DNA of 64,000 nt from Eledone cirrhosa (taxonomy: Eukaryota). Each line of letters begins with the position of its first letter. Positions within the stretch are counted from its first letter, which is position 1. The notes beneath the pieces are model-generated. The model made no database searches. It had not been told where the DNA came from and was given only the letters and a program-made list of their open reading frames with translations. The stretch spans positions 31,372,001 through 31,436,000 of the forward strand of contig OZ024754.1 in the NCBI GenBank assembly GCA_964016885.1, given 5' to 3'. Below are positions 40,285 to 53,022 of the stretch, one piece after another. A program made the translations under genes and the position numbers.

Positions 40285-41901
40285 TTTCGTCACCACTACC
40301 AGTATTCTCGTCACCACCACCACTACCAGTATTCTCGTCACCACCACCACTACCAGTATTCTCGTCACCACCACCACTACCAGTATTCTCGTCACCTCCA
40401 CCACCACTACCAGTATTCTCGTCACCATCACCATCACCACCACCACCACCACCACTACCACCACCACCACCACCACAACAACAACACCACCACTACCAGT
40501 ATTCTCGTCACCACCACCACCACCACAACAACAACACCACCACCACCACCACTACCAGTATTCTCGTCACCATCACCACCACCACCACCACCACAACAAC
40601 AACAACAACACCACCACCACTACCAGTATTCTCGTCACCACCACCACCACCACCACCACTACCAGTATTCTCGTCACCACCACCACCACCACCACCACTA
40701 CCAGTATTCTCGTCACCACCACCACCACCACCACCACCACCACCAGTATTCTCGTCACCATCACCACCACCACCACCACTACCAGTATTCTCGTCACCAC
40801 CACCACCACCACCACCACTACCAGTATTCTCGTCACCACCACCACCACCACCACTACCAGTATTCTCGTCACCACCACCACCAGTATTCTCGTCACCATC
40901 ACCACCACCACCACCACCATCACTACCAGTATTCTCGTCACCATCACCACCACCACCACCACCACCACTACCAGTATTCTCGTCACCACCACCACCACCA
41001 CCACTACCAGTATTCTCGTCACCACCACCACCACCACCAGTATTCTCGTCACCATCACCACCACCACCACCACCACCAGTATTCTCGTCACCACCACCAC
41101 CACCACCACCACCACCACCACCACCACCAGTATTCTCGTCACCATCACCATCACCACCACCACCACCACTACCAGTATTCTCGTCACCACCACCACCACC
41201 ACCACTACCAGTATTCTCGTCACCACCACCACCACCACCACCACTACCAGTATTCTCGTCACCACCACCACCACCACCACTACCAGTATTCTCGTCACCA
41301 CCACCACCACCACCACTACCAGTATTCTCGTCACCACCACCACCACCACCACCACTACCAGTATTCTCGTCACCACCACCACCACCACCACCACCAGTAT
41401 TCTCGTCACCATCACCACCACCACCACCACCACCACTACCAGTATTCTCGTCACCATCACCACCACCACCACCACTACCAGTATTCTCGTCACCACCACC
41501 ACCACCACTACCAGTATTCTCGTCACCACCACCACCACCACCACTACCAGTATTCTCGTCACCACCACCACCACCACCACCACTACTACCAGTATTCTCG
41601 TCACCACCACCACCACCACCACTACCAGTATTCTCGTCACCACCACCACCACCACTACCAGTATTCTCGTCACCACCACCACCACCACCACCACCACTAC
41701 CAGTATTCTCGTCACCATCACCACCACCACCACCACTACCAGTATTCTCGTCACCACCACCACCACCACTACCAGTATTCTCGTCACCACCACCACCACC
41801 ACCACTACCAGTATTCTCGTCACCACCACCACCACCACCACCACCACTACTACCAGTATTCTCGTCACCACCACCGTCACCACCACCACCACCACCACCA
41901 T
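40285..41901. repeat. Compound repeat: constant AGTATTCTCGTC separated by variable (ACC)n runs
   Basis: About 50 units read directly from the sequence. Confidence 0.96.
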
Positions 41902-42069
41902 CTGAACTACCAAGTCGACAATTACAGCCGATAGTATCGTATAGTCTTACGATGTTTATCTGGAGACAATGAATTACTGACATGTTAAGTTTCGTTGAAA
42001 GCAAGCGTCTCTATTACAAACAGCCCATCATCCTTTCCCCATCTAATTTTCTATGAAATATAATATATA

Positions 42070-42963
42070 CATTGTACCCCCCGGTATTCGCGGGAGTTAT
42101 GCTCCTAGAGCACCCGCGAATATTGGCGTGGTCCATAAAAATGTCTATAAACGTGAAAATATAACGTAAAATGTAATAAAAAGGAGGGAACGTCTTATGC
42201 GAAGGGGCTCCAATAGGCCGGCAAATACAGCATAGTTACGTCCCTTTACGATCTGAGTTCAAATCCGGCCGAGGTTAACTTTGCCTTTCATCCTTACGGG
42301 GTCGATAAAATAAAGTACCAGTAATGTACTGATTTAATTGCTGGCCTTGTGCCATAAGTAGAAACAATTATTATTATGTGAGGGGCGGTGGATTGGCAGT
42401 GTCGGTAGAGGGACGGACGCCATGTTTAACAGCAAAGAGTTACGTCCCTTTATGGTCTGAGTTCAAATCCCGCCGAGGTTAACTTTGCCTTTCATCCTTA
42501 CGGGGTCGATAAAATAAAGTACCAGTAATGTACTGGGTAATTGCTGGCCTTGTGCCTAAACTAGAAACAATTATTATTATGTGAGGGGTGGTGGATTGGC
42601 AGTGTCGGGAGCGGGCCGGACGCCATGCTTTGCAGCATAGAGTTACGTCCCTTTACGATCTGAGTTCAAATCCCGCCGAGGTTAACTTTGCCTTTCATCC
42701 TTACGGGGTCGATAAAATAAAGTACCAGTAATGTACTGGGGTCGATTTAATCGACTTTCCCCTCCGCCAAAATTGCTGGCCTTGTGCCTATATAAGAAAC
42801 AATTATTATTATCAGTAACAATTTAGCGTTAAAAAGCCATAAAAAATCGCGGAAGATATTTGCGATTCCGCGAATATGCGGTGGTTTCCACGAACAATTA
42901 TTAGTTAAGTTCTAAGGAAAATGTCCTTGAATAATCGAGACCGCGAATGCCGGGGGTTCACCG
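42070..42963. mobile_element. Tigger/pogo-like MITE containing three tandem SINE copies
   Basis: Imperfect TIRs CCCCCGGTATTCGCGG and CCGCGAATGCCGGGGG; SINE family B trimer at about 42195-42812. Confidence 0.72.
42585..42812 (+). mobile_element. tRNA-derived SINE (family B), near full length
   Basis: Head GGTGGATTGGCAGTGTCGG, B-box GAGTTCAAATCC, body GTTAACTTTGCCTTTCATCCTTACGGGGTCGATAAAATAAAGTACCAG, (ATT)n tail. Many copies, e.g. 9943-10045, 14443-14545, 25784-25888, 25995-26200, 38370-38690, 56420-56610. Confidence 0.85.
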
Positions 42964-42969
42964 GATATG

Positions 42970-44951
42970 TGTAACGAAGGTATTAGGTGTAGTTGTTAGA
43001 TGAAATAACAAGAATGGCTGATTTACTTTAAAAAGGTTTACTTCACTTCAGTCAAAAAGAACAACAAACAAGTTACCACGAGTCGTGAAGGTTGACGATG
43101 TTATTTTGTTGTTGGTTCATGAGGCTGGTATAGTCTGAAACCAGGAGAGAGAGAGAGAGAGTAATGGTCTGTGGTTGTCTGTAGACATCGGCGGCCTGTA
43201 GGTAGTGGTGAATCTTTACATAGCTTGTCTATAGCGTACTGCTCCGATCTCTCTGTGTGTTATACGTGGGATGATACAGGCTTTATATACCTGTCGCTTT
43301 CTGTCTCCCGCCTTGAGGGATCACCTACGCATGAACCCGTTCACGCCGGAAAGGATAGTGACCTAGAATTTGACTTTTAGGTGTGACCCAGGGTTCAAGG
43401 CGTGGACAGATCTCGCTTACCCAGATCGATGCAGGAGCAGCGATCGATTACAAAAGGTGTAGCGAAATCTGATTCCAGAAGCGTGTCCCAAAACACAAAA
43501 TGTGGGTACTGCGCCCGTATTTCGAGTGCAGAGAAATTTGGAGGGAGAAAAAGAAAGAATAATATCGTATAACTGTGTATGCATGTGTGTGTGTGTGTGT
43601 GTAACATTTAGAAGAAACTGTAAATATACAAAGTTGTGATCATGTATTTCGAACTGTTGTGTATGGATGACTGAACGTTTGGGGTTGCGGTATCGGATTA
43701 TGATATGACAATACAGAGGACTATTTCTCTCGATGTATTATCATACGTAAGATGCTTTTCCAGTGAGTCGAGGTTTACGCTATGACATGAGTGTGTGCAA
43801 TTTTGAGTTGCGTGCCTGAGTGAGTCCAGGCGTGTAGTCCTCGTGGGTGTTTCTCGTGTGTTTAATAGCTGTTGCCTTACCTCAACCAGTCGAAAAGAGA
43901 TATCGCAGAATCCCAACCGAATCCAGAACATACTATAGACAACATGTTGGTGTGTGACAAAGAAATGTGTGTGCGTATGCAGGCATGTAATACAGTTTTA
44001 AAAATGTGCGTATGCAGTCATATATACAATGGTAACAAAAAAAAGGAAAGTTCATATATACAGTTTAAAAGAAATAAATGTTCGAACATTGTTTGTAAAA
44101 AAAGAAAAAAATAATTGTTTTCTATAAAAAGTTCAGTTTTTCTCTTCTTTATGTTATCGTTTTCTTGCTAGGAAGCTAGTAGTATTGTCTGTTGTTGTTG
44201 TTGTTGTTGTTGGAGATTACGAAGCATGTGGTAAAGTGTTTGGTAATGAATCGAAACATCAAAGCGAAGTAACTGTAAATGTTCCGTAGAATCGAAGTTA
44301 GGTGAATAATTTGAAGTGAAGTTTTATCATATCGTACGATATATATGAGAAGCTTGGTAAGAGAAAGTTTGTTGATGTTGGCAATGGAATCCATGATTAG
44401 AAGAAAGGATGCGTGTTGTTTTCTTTTTTTTAAATACCACTTCGTATTTTTTTTAGAGGAACCTGTTCGTTCCCGCGTCTGGGTCACCAATGTAACGAAG
44501 GGTATTAAAAGCGGTTGTTGTTAGATGAAATAACAAGAATAGCTGATTTACTTTATATATAAAAAGGTTTACTTCACTTCAGTCAAAAAGAACAACAAAC
44601 ATATTATCACGAGTCGTGAAGGTTGACGATGTTATTTTGTTGTTGGTTCATGAGGCTGATGTAGTCTGAGACCAGGAGAGAGAGAGAGAGAGTAATGGTC
44701 TGTGGTTGTCTGTAGACCTCGGCGGCCTGTAGGTAGTGGTGAATCTTTACATAGCTTGTCTATAGCGTACTGCTCCGATCTCTCTGTGTGTTAGACGTGG
44801 GATGATACAGGCTTTATATACCTGTCGCTTTCTGCCTCCCGCCTTGAGGGATCACCCACGCATGAACCCGTCCACGCCGGAAAGGATGGTGACCTAGAAT
44901 TTGACTTTTAGGTGTCACCCAGGGTTCAAGGCGTGGACAGGTCTCGCTACA
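42970..44951 (-). mobile_element. Non-autonomous Gypsy/Ty3-like LTR retroelement
   Basis: Direct repeats 42970-~43420 and 44491-44951 (TGTA...TACA), 4-bp TSD TATG on both sides, tRNA-Trp-like PBS TGGTGACCCAGACG on the minus strand at 44476-44489, about 1.07 kb internal region without pol motifs. Confidence 0.88.
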
Positions 44952-44985
44952 TATGTATACAAGATAATTCGACATATAGGTAGAT

Positions 44986-45415
44986 CAGTGGTTCCCAAAA
45001 ATTTTTTTTTACTCACGGCGCATTTTTTGAAAGAATAAAAATATGCTGACCCACTTTGTACATTAAATTCGAAAATTTATCCAAGAGTTTTTCATATATA
45101 TTAGCATAACGAGCAAGGCCTAGACTCTTTACAATGTAATATAGGTTCTTATGAAATTTAAAACACAAAATTTAATAACACATCTAACATAATTAGCCAA
45201 ATCAACTGAATGTATAAACCACTTCCCATCCTTAACATCGTTGATAGATTGTGTTATTTTTCACAAATCTTATTATTAAACTTTACTTGTTTGCCATTTT
45301 AACAGTTATGTATGGACTTTACTACAAATTTCAGTTTGTATTTTTCACATCTTAAAACTTAATCTTGGTCTTTTGCGGCGCATCAATGCGCAGCGGCACG
45401 GTTCGGGAACCACTG
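44986..45415. mobile_element. hAT (Charlie-like) MITE
   Basis: TIRs CAGTGGTTCCC and GGGAACCACTG; 8-bp TSD AGGTAGAT / AGGTCGAT. Confidence 0.88.
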
Positions 45416-46006
45416 AGGTCGATAGATAAACAGTTAAATATGTATGTGTTGTATATTTTCTCGCAAAGATAGAAAGATACATAGGTAGATAGCTGATACT
45501 CTGGCCACTGATCATCTTGTCAACATTCTGCGAGGGTGAGGTTGAGAGAAAATATCAAATGACCATTTCCCAGTCAAATTTAGCACAAATTGGTTGCGCG
45601 ATGTGACAGTTGTGTTGTATTATAAAGATGTCGTCATATACACCAACTCGATTCCGAGCGAGAGTTTCTTTTATAGATTTCGTTAAATATTGTTATTGTG
45701 GTGCCTATGATGGACAGAACTGGACAGTTCCAGTTTGCTATGGAATAGTCATTGGCATATATATCAACAGTCTACGAAGGAATTGTTCCTTTTCAGGTTA
45801 TCTTCGTCCTGTGCGCCCCACTGTTTTGTAATTCATATTAGAAAGCCTTAGCCACGTGAACCATACATATATACATACATATATATATATATACATACAT
45901 ATATACATATATATATAATGGAAACATTTGAACAGGGACAAAACAGAGAGGCAGTACAACGAATGTTTATTAATTTCACGCTCTGGAGAGTGGGGTGTTG
46001 GTGGGG

Positions 46007-46038
46007 GACGACGTTTCGGGCATAAGCCCTTCCTCAGG
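46007..46038 (-). ncRNA. Penelope-type hammerhead core, stem I not evident
   Basis: Minus strand CTGAGGA-A-GGGC-TTAT-GCCC-GAAA-CGTCG-TC. Confidence 0.5.
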
Positions 46039-46219
46039 TGAGAAGTGTGTGGGAACAGAGTTCAAAGGGTGTGTAGGGGAGTGGTGGAGAGACATATAGC
46101 GAAAGGAAACGGTGCGAATGAAAAAATAAAAAATAAAGATAAAATAAAAATAAAGCATGATCAAAATACAAGGAATGAGATAAATTTAAATATAAAGGCA
46201 TGATCAAAATAAACATACA

Positions 46220-46282
<63 letters not shown>

Positions 46283-46460
46283 ATATATATATATACTATA
46301 GAAGGTGTGGAGTAATATTGTAGAACAATAAAATATGCATATATCAGATAAGTAGCGCTCAACAGTTGGTAGAACTGGAGTATATATAATAAAGATGAAA
46401 TAAAGAATACTTAGCACTTTCCTATAAACAAGTGCTATTATGCCTCATATCATTGTACCT

Positions 46461-46526
46461 TATTTTTTATCTGAAGAGAACACAACATCTATGATTTTGT
46501 ATTCGGAATACGTATAATAAAATATA
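46461..46526 (+). ncRNA. Degenerate hammerhead motif
   Basis: TTTTAT-CTGAAGA-GAACACAA-loop-TTGTATTC-GGAA-TACGTA-TA-ATAAAA; GAAA is changed to GGAA. Confidence 0.5.
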
Positions 46527-46561
46527 TGGAACTCTTATAACCATCTTTATTTCATCTTTAT

Positions 46562-46938
<377 letters not shown>

Positions 46939-47631
46939 TTAACTATTTATTATTATTATTGAAACATATCACTTCATTTTCACATAATTAGTTTTTTTTT
47001 TTCTTTTTCCTTAAAGATATTTTCATTGAAGCAGGCGGGTGATGGTTTTGAAACTTCTTGTTTTACATATCTAAACAGGCAGGGAGTATATGGACTACGA
47101 CATATATATATGCCATAGTCTATATACTGTATATATATATATATATAAACACACACACGCATGTGTGTATATATGTAGTTAGAAGTGTTTGTATAAGTAG
47201 GCGGTGGTTATTTGAGACACCTAGTATTTAAGAAAAACGGCTGTGAAGCACACTTTTTTTCAGCATGGGATTTGATGTTTTGTTGTATAATATACTGTGC
47301 AATAATGTTATCCCGTTTTGATAGCAGACCGCCAGTAAACGACCTTTCTTATATGATACAACACTGTTTGTTTTAAAGTCTTTATATTTATCTAAAAACC
47401 TCCCATCATAATTTTGATGTAAAAACCTGTGTTGGGAAAGTTATATCCTTAGATCTCTCCAGATTAATTATTACTTTCAAAATTATTTCATTAGAAAATA
47501 TCGAAAGCGGTGAAGAGGGAGGGGGTGCTATGAGATGTGTGTTTGGTGCAACGTTTTCGAGAGAGAGAGAGCGAGATTGTAAGTCAGGTATCCATGTGTT
47601 AGTCGAGATATAGGTTCCTAGTTGGAATAAC

Positions 47632-47895
47632 ATGTCCAAGAATAAGGAGGTCAAACTGTCAAAGTATCGGCTGCTCTTTGATAGGTTTGTGGTTGAGCCT
47701 GTGACAGAGGAGACTTCTGGCATTCTTGGCCCTCGGGCCACATCATTACTCACTGCTATTGTAGCGGAGTTGGCTTCCCGCAGGTACGAGCCCCACCAAG
47801 TACAGTGGTTGTTTCAGCACGTCTTTCTCGCTGTCGTCCGGGCCAATGTCTTCTCCATCCTATCGGCTGAGACCACGAGGCAGACTGACCCTTAA
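47632..47895 (+). mobile_element. CRE-like non-LTR retrotransposon C-terminal (restriction-like endonuclease) remnant
   Basis: KxxKY...FxxEPxxxETSGxxG...WLFQxxxxAVxRAN pattern resembles RLE-type LINE C-termini. Confidence 0.6.
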
Positions 47896-48507
47896 GTTTC
47901 ATTTATGGTGGTGACGTCCGGATTTGATTTACTTCCATAAGCATACATACGTACATTTAATACATGAATAAATATTTATGAAATATGAACTTTATAATGT
48001 CTCTAAAATGACATTATGTTCTCCCTGTACACGCCTTTATTTGATATGGCGCCATTTATTCTTGGGCTGGTTTCAGACATTTGACTGCGGTCATGCTGGG
48101 GCACTGCCTTAAAACCAGATCAAATTTATCGAAATATAGTTTAGATGTAAATATTGATGTCCAATCATTGGTATTCGGCGAGATTGTTATAATCGATCAC
48201 TTAGATCCTAATATATCGGTAGTATTTAATTGACCAATCCCTAAACAATAAAAAGCAAAAGTTGAACTTGGTAAGATTTGCGCATTTCATTATCTTCGTC
48301 GCTCCACCGATTCTGCCAATCCATTGCTTTTGTAGATGTAAGTTATAAAATAAAAACAGCAACTTTTCTGCTATAAAAGTAAAGTTAACAGTTCAGATAA
48401 CCTTACATGTATGCCCAAGGGGGCGATTGTTGGGGTTGAACACAGGATATCATGTTTGTACAGCGATCTACTTAAAACCCTTCTGCTACGCCTGGGAGAA
48501 GTTGTGG

Positions 48508-48539
<32 letters not shown>

Positions 48540-50343
48540 TAGTGAAGATACAATCATAAATACACTTCCGTTGGGCTTGCCCCATTGTTTCCGCTTTTCC
48601 CAAACCACACTCCTAATAAGGATCCAAGCAAGCCATTCGACCAGCTAAAAATAGCAGCCAACCCTTCCTCAAATCACAGCTTATATGTTTTTTTAAAAGG
48701 GTACATTGGATATTGTATAGTGTAGTCCTAGATAGACTGTCTAAATAAAAGGCAGAATGACCATAGATCTATTTGATGAAGGCATGTAGTAAGGCAAGGC
48801 ACTACTTACCACGGCGGAACAAGTGGCTTGCGCTTGGTAAGTCGTCGGGTAGGAAATACCTGGTGCTTAATTCCGTCCAGCAGAACAAATTCGCGCTTTT
48901 TTCTCTTCTGTACAGTTGTTGCTTTCATTTCGGGGAGAGAAGACCTAACTAATTGCATTACCGGTCGATACTAGCAAGATGTAGCACTAAACAAGAAACT
49001 TTGGCTCTCTCGGCAAGGGCCCCACTACTTTCTTCCTACACAATAACCAACACTTCATTTTTGTTCATTTGTACTCATGCAGCATTTAATTGTAATATTT
49101 TACGGAAGAAAATAAACTCTTTATAAAATGTTTTAACAGCCTTCTGATAATTTCTGCCACCATTGAATCTGCACACATCTTAAAAATATTTCTGAGATCA
49201 CTCTTCCAACTAACTAAATATCAGCTCTTTCTCTCTGCTAAAGGCATACCTGAGGTTTACACAACAATAACACTCCATATAACCATTAACAGTTTTCGAA
49301 GATTATTAAACTCTCTCTCCCATACTCACTAACTTCCTATCAACCAACGTAGGTACCTCACTAAATAACACCCCTTTTAGTAAACTGTGGACCGTTCGTT
49401 TCACTAGAATATCGTGTGTACGAATCGGTGGCTGACTTCGTGGAAATTCCACGGCTTAATGGCTGCCAAGATCAAAATGATATTTTAAATGTTTTATTTA
49501 TAAGTTATATGTATGGTATGGACCCGTAACTCCTGATAAAGTAGTAGGGGCGCCATTTTGACACACGGCATTTCTTGGGGCACTTTTTAAACATTAACTA
49601 TACCAGACTCACCCTACCTTGCTTCTCATCAAACATGAAGCTGTATGCAATATTGTTCATAGACTTACATATAATTACACATATAGGTGCAGGCATGGCC
49701 ATGTGGTTAAGGAGTTTGTTTCACAACCAGTTGGTTCTGGGTTCAGTCCCACTGCATGGCGTCTTTCTTGGGTGTCTTCACTATAGTCTTGGCTTGACCA
49801 ATACTTTGGGAGTGGAATTTGGTATTTGAAAACTATAGAAGACCTTTGTAAATATACCACTACCACCACCACCATCATTTAATTTTCGTTTTCCCTGCTA
49901 GCAAAAGTAATGTTTGTTTGTTACTGTGTCCATATCTATTTTTATGTTGGCCTGTAAGATCAATAAATTACGTGCAAAACTGAAAAAAAAAAGTACTGGA
50001 GTCAAGGTGATCGTCTGAATGAAAGCGATGCCCCAGCATGGCCACGGTCTATTGACTGAAACTAGTAAAGTAATAATAGGATATATGAAAACCAGCAGTA
50101 GTATAAAATGCTGAGTGGAAAAAAGAAGAAAAACAAATAATTATTAATAATGGCTTCTTATAGAGGCACAAGGCCAGCAAATACCCCAGTGCATTACTGG
50201 TGCTTTATTTTATTGACTCTGTAAGGATGAAAGACGAAACTAACCTTGGCGGGGTTTTAAATCAGAACGTAAAAGGCCATAACTCTATGCGACGAAGCAT
50301 ATTGTCCGGTGCTCTACCGATACTAAGAATCCAACGCCCTTAA

Positions 50344-50712
50344 CCCTTTAGCATTTAAACCGGCTGTATCCGGCCAGAATTCTCTTACCTCTTTCTGTTC
50401 AAACCGGCCATAACTGGCCACTCAAACTGATGTTAAGGTATTGTTCTCAAAATAAATAATACCAAAATCTCATAGATTCGATATTATGCGAGATAATTAT
50501 GTAAGATAAAGCCTTTACCATTAAAATATAATAGTATATATAGAGTAATGTAAATGTTATGTGAGATAATTATGTGAGGTAAAGCCTTTACCATGAAAAT
50601 ACAATAGTATATATAGAGTAATGTAAATGTTATGTGAGATAATTATGTGAGGTAAAGCCTTTACCATGAAAATACAATAGTATATATATAGAGTAATGTA
50701 AATGCTAAAGGG
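50344..50712. mobile_element. TTAA-flanked piggyBac-like MITE
   Basis: TTAA|CCCTTTAGCATTTA...TAAATGCTAAAGGG|TTAA. Related copies at 2561-2755, 17804-17973, about 14361-16980 and about 63199-63410. Confidence 0.82.
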
Positions 50713-50904
50713 TTAATAACAATAATAATATCAACAGATTCCAGTAAATATTGAAGAAGTCAACAACAAAGACATTATGGAAAATATAAATATGTTTAAT
50801 AAATAAGAAAGTTTCTTTTAATTGAATCATAGAAAGACATGAATTTCTGTTATGTAGTTTATACTGTAAACTAACTTGTCGACATTTACAATGGATTGTA
50901 ACTG

Positions 50905-51620
50905 CATGTTGTGACAGGTCTTGTTGTGTCACACTGTGACAGGTATTGTGACACATTGTGACAGACCTTGTTGTGTCACACTGTGACATGTCTTGTGTCA
51001 CACTGTGACAGGTATTGTGACACACTGTGGCAGGCCCTGTTGTCACACTGTGGCAGGTCATGTATCACACTGTGACAGGTATTGTGACACACTGTGGCAG
51101 GTCCTGTTGTGTCACGTTGTGACAGGTTCTATTGTGTCACACTGACAGAATCTGTTGTCACACTGTGACACGCTGTGTTGTGTTAGCTACTATAACACTT
51201 CTTTTGTGCTATATTTGATGTAGTGTGATGTGTAGTGTTTGATGTAATGTGATGTGTAGTGTTTGATGTAATGTGATGTGTAGTGTGTAGTGTTTGATGT
51301 AGTGTGATGTGTGGTGTTTGATGTAATGTGATGTGTAGTGTTTGATGAAATGTGATGTGTAGTGTTTGATGTAATGTGATGTGCAGTGCGGTGTGTAGTG
51401 TTTGATGTAGTGTGATGTGTAGTGTTTGATGTAATGTGATGTGTAGTGTTTGATGTAATGTGATGTGTAGTGTTTGATGTAATGTGAAATGTAGTGTTTG
51501 ATGTAATGTGATGTGTAGTGTTTGATGTAATGTGATGTGTAGTGTTTGATGTAATGTGATGTGTAGTGTGGTGTATAGTGTTTGATGTAGTGTGATGTGT
51601 AGTGTTTGATGTAGTGTTAC
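50905..51620. repeat. TGTCACACTGTGACA-based degenerate repeat followed by a 24-bp GTAGTGTTTGATGTAATGTGATGT array
   Basis: Read directly from the sequence. Confidence 0.88.
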
Positions 51621-52017
51621 AGCTGTATTTCTATTTCATATTTGTTTTACAAATGTGTCATAATATTGTAACACAATTGTTTTATTGTTGTATTAGATGT
51701 GTCACACTGCTATCATGGAATGATTGAGGCCAATTTTATATATACATACACACACACACATATATATATATATAATATAATATAATATAATAATATCTCA
51801 GACAAAACATTTAAAAAACAAAACAATAAAAAAATAAAGATAAAAAAAACCCTCACCTATAAAAAAAAGATAAAGACCAAAACCGAAGGGTACCTTACTT
51901 ACTGTGGTTCCCTTCTGTTGTTTTAACAGAACATTATTCTACTATATATTGAGTACCTTACTTACTGTGGTTACCCCTAATTGAACCTGGGATTTTAGTC
52001 TTCAAATTTATTATTAT

Positions 52018-52095
<78 letters not shown>

Positions 52096-52745
52096 ATGGA
52101 TTCAGTTTGATACTGGTTAGATCCTCACTCAACAGAGTACTCAATACTTGGGGTAGTAGCATATGGCTATATTATAAAGAATATATATATGGAGGTGTAT
52201 ATGAAATGCTGTCTTAGTCTACCACCAATTATATATATATGCTGAAACAGTCCTCGATAAGAGGTACCCTAACTCTTGAACTAGAGTAACTGAAAACAAT
52301 AACTCACATACCTATATCTATATATATATATATCTATATATATATATTTATCTATATATATATTTATATTCATAAAATAAATTTGATAGCCTGCTTCAAG
52401 TTACCTATATCATATTGTACAATTATGAATTTATACCTAATTTATTTATATATATAACAATGGCCTAAAAATATATTAAAAACAAGAAACATCTATTAGT
52501 TTGTTGCTTCAGTTATTGTAATTATATATATATATATATATATATAACGAAGCAAATGTGGTAAGGAACCAGGTGGACCATAACGCACCAAAGTACTCAA
52601 TACTTAGGGTAGTAGAGTGGGTAATAGGAATGAGTAGGACCCCGACAGCTGAGCTCAAGCCGTTTCGACGGCTAGTTCTGGACTAAAATTTAGTCCAGAA
52701 CTAGCCGTCGAAACGGCTTGAGCTCAGCCATCGGAGTCCTGCTCG

Positions 52746-52787
<42 letters not shown>

Positions 52788-52949
52788 CAAAATATTAATA
52801 AATGAAAACGTTCACATAATCAAAATATATGTTTTATTATATATATTTCGGAGGTACTGTGCTGTTTTTTTCAGTACGTCCTTCCAGTATTGACTGCCAA
52901 TACTGGAATTGAACTATCAAGACAGTTGAGGTATGTCATACATCAATTC

Positions 52950-53022
52950 ATATATTTTATCTGATGAGGACGTACTGAAAAAAACAGGACAGTACCTCCG
53001 AAATATATATAATAAAACATAT
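52950..53022 (+). ncRNA. Minimal type I hammerhead ribozyme motif (Penelope-like)
   Basis: Stem I ATATATTTTAT/ATAAAACATAT, core CTGATGA (52961-52967), stem II GGACGTACTG/CAGTACCTCC, GAAA (53000-53003), palindromic TATATA, cleavage triplet ATA. Confidence 0.75.

Noticed and set aside
40190-42004. Mucin-, extensin- or glycine-rich protein ORFs, and a superficial CRISPR-like repeat-spacer look
   Set aside because: Spacers are just (ACC)n runs, there are no cas genes, the context is eukaryotic, and the ORFs arise from triplet periodicity.
42585-42680. tRNA-like A and B boxes
   Set aside because: These are SINE heads with no full cloverleaf, followed by SINE body and tail.
43599-43958. Possible nested solo LTR (TGTAACA...TGTGACA) inside the Gypsy-like element
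   Set aside because: No convincing target-site duplication or second copy in the window.
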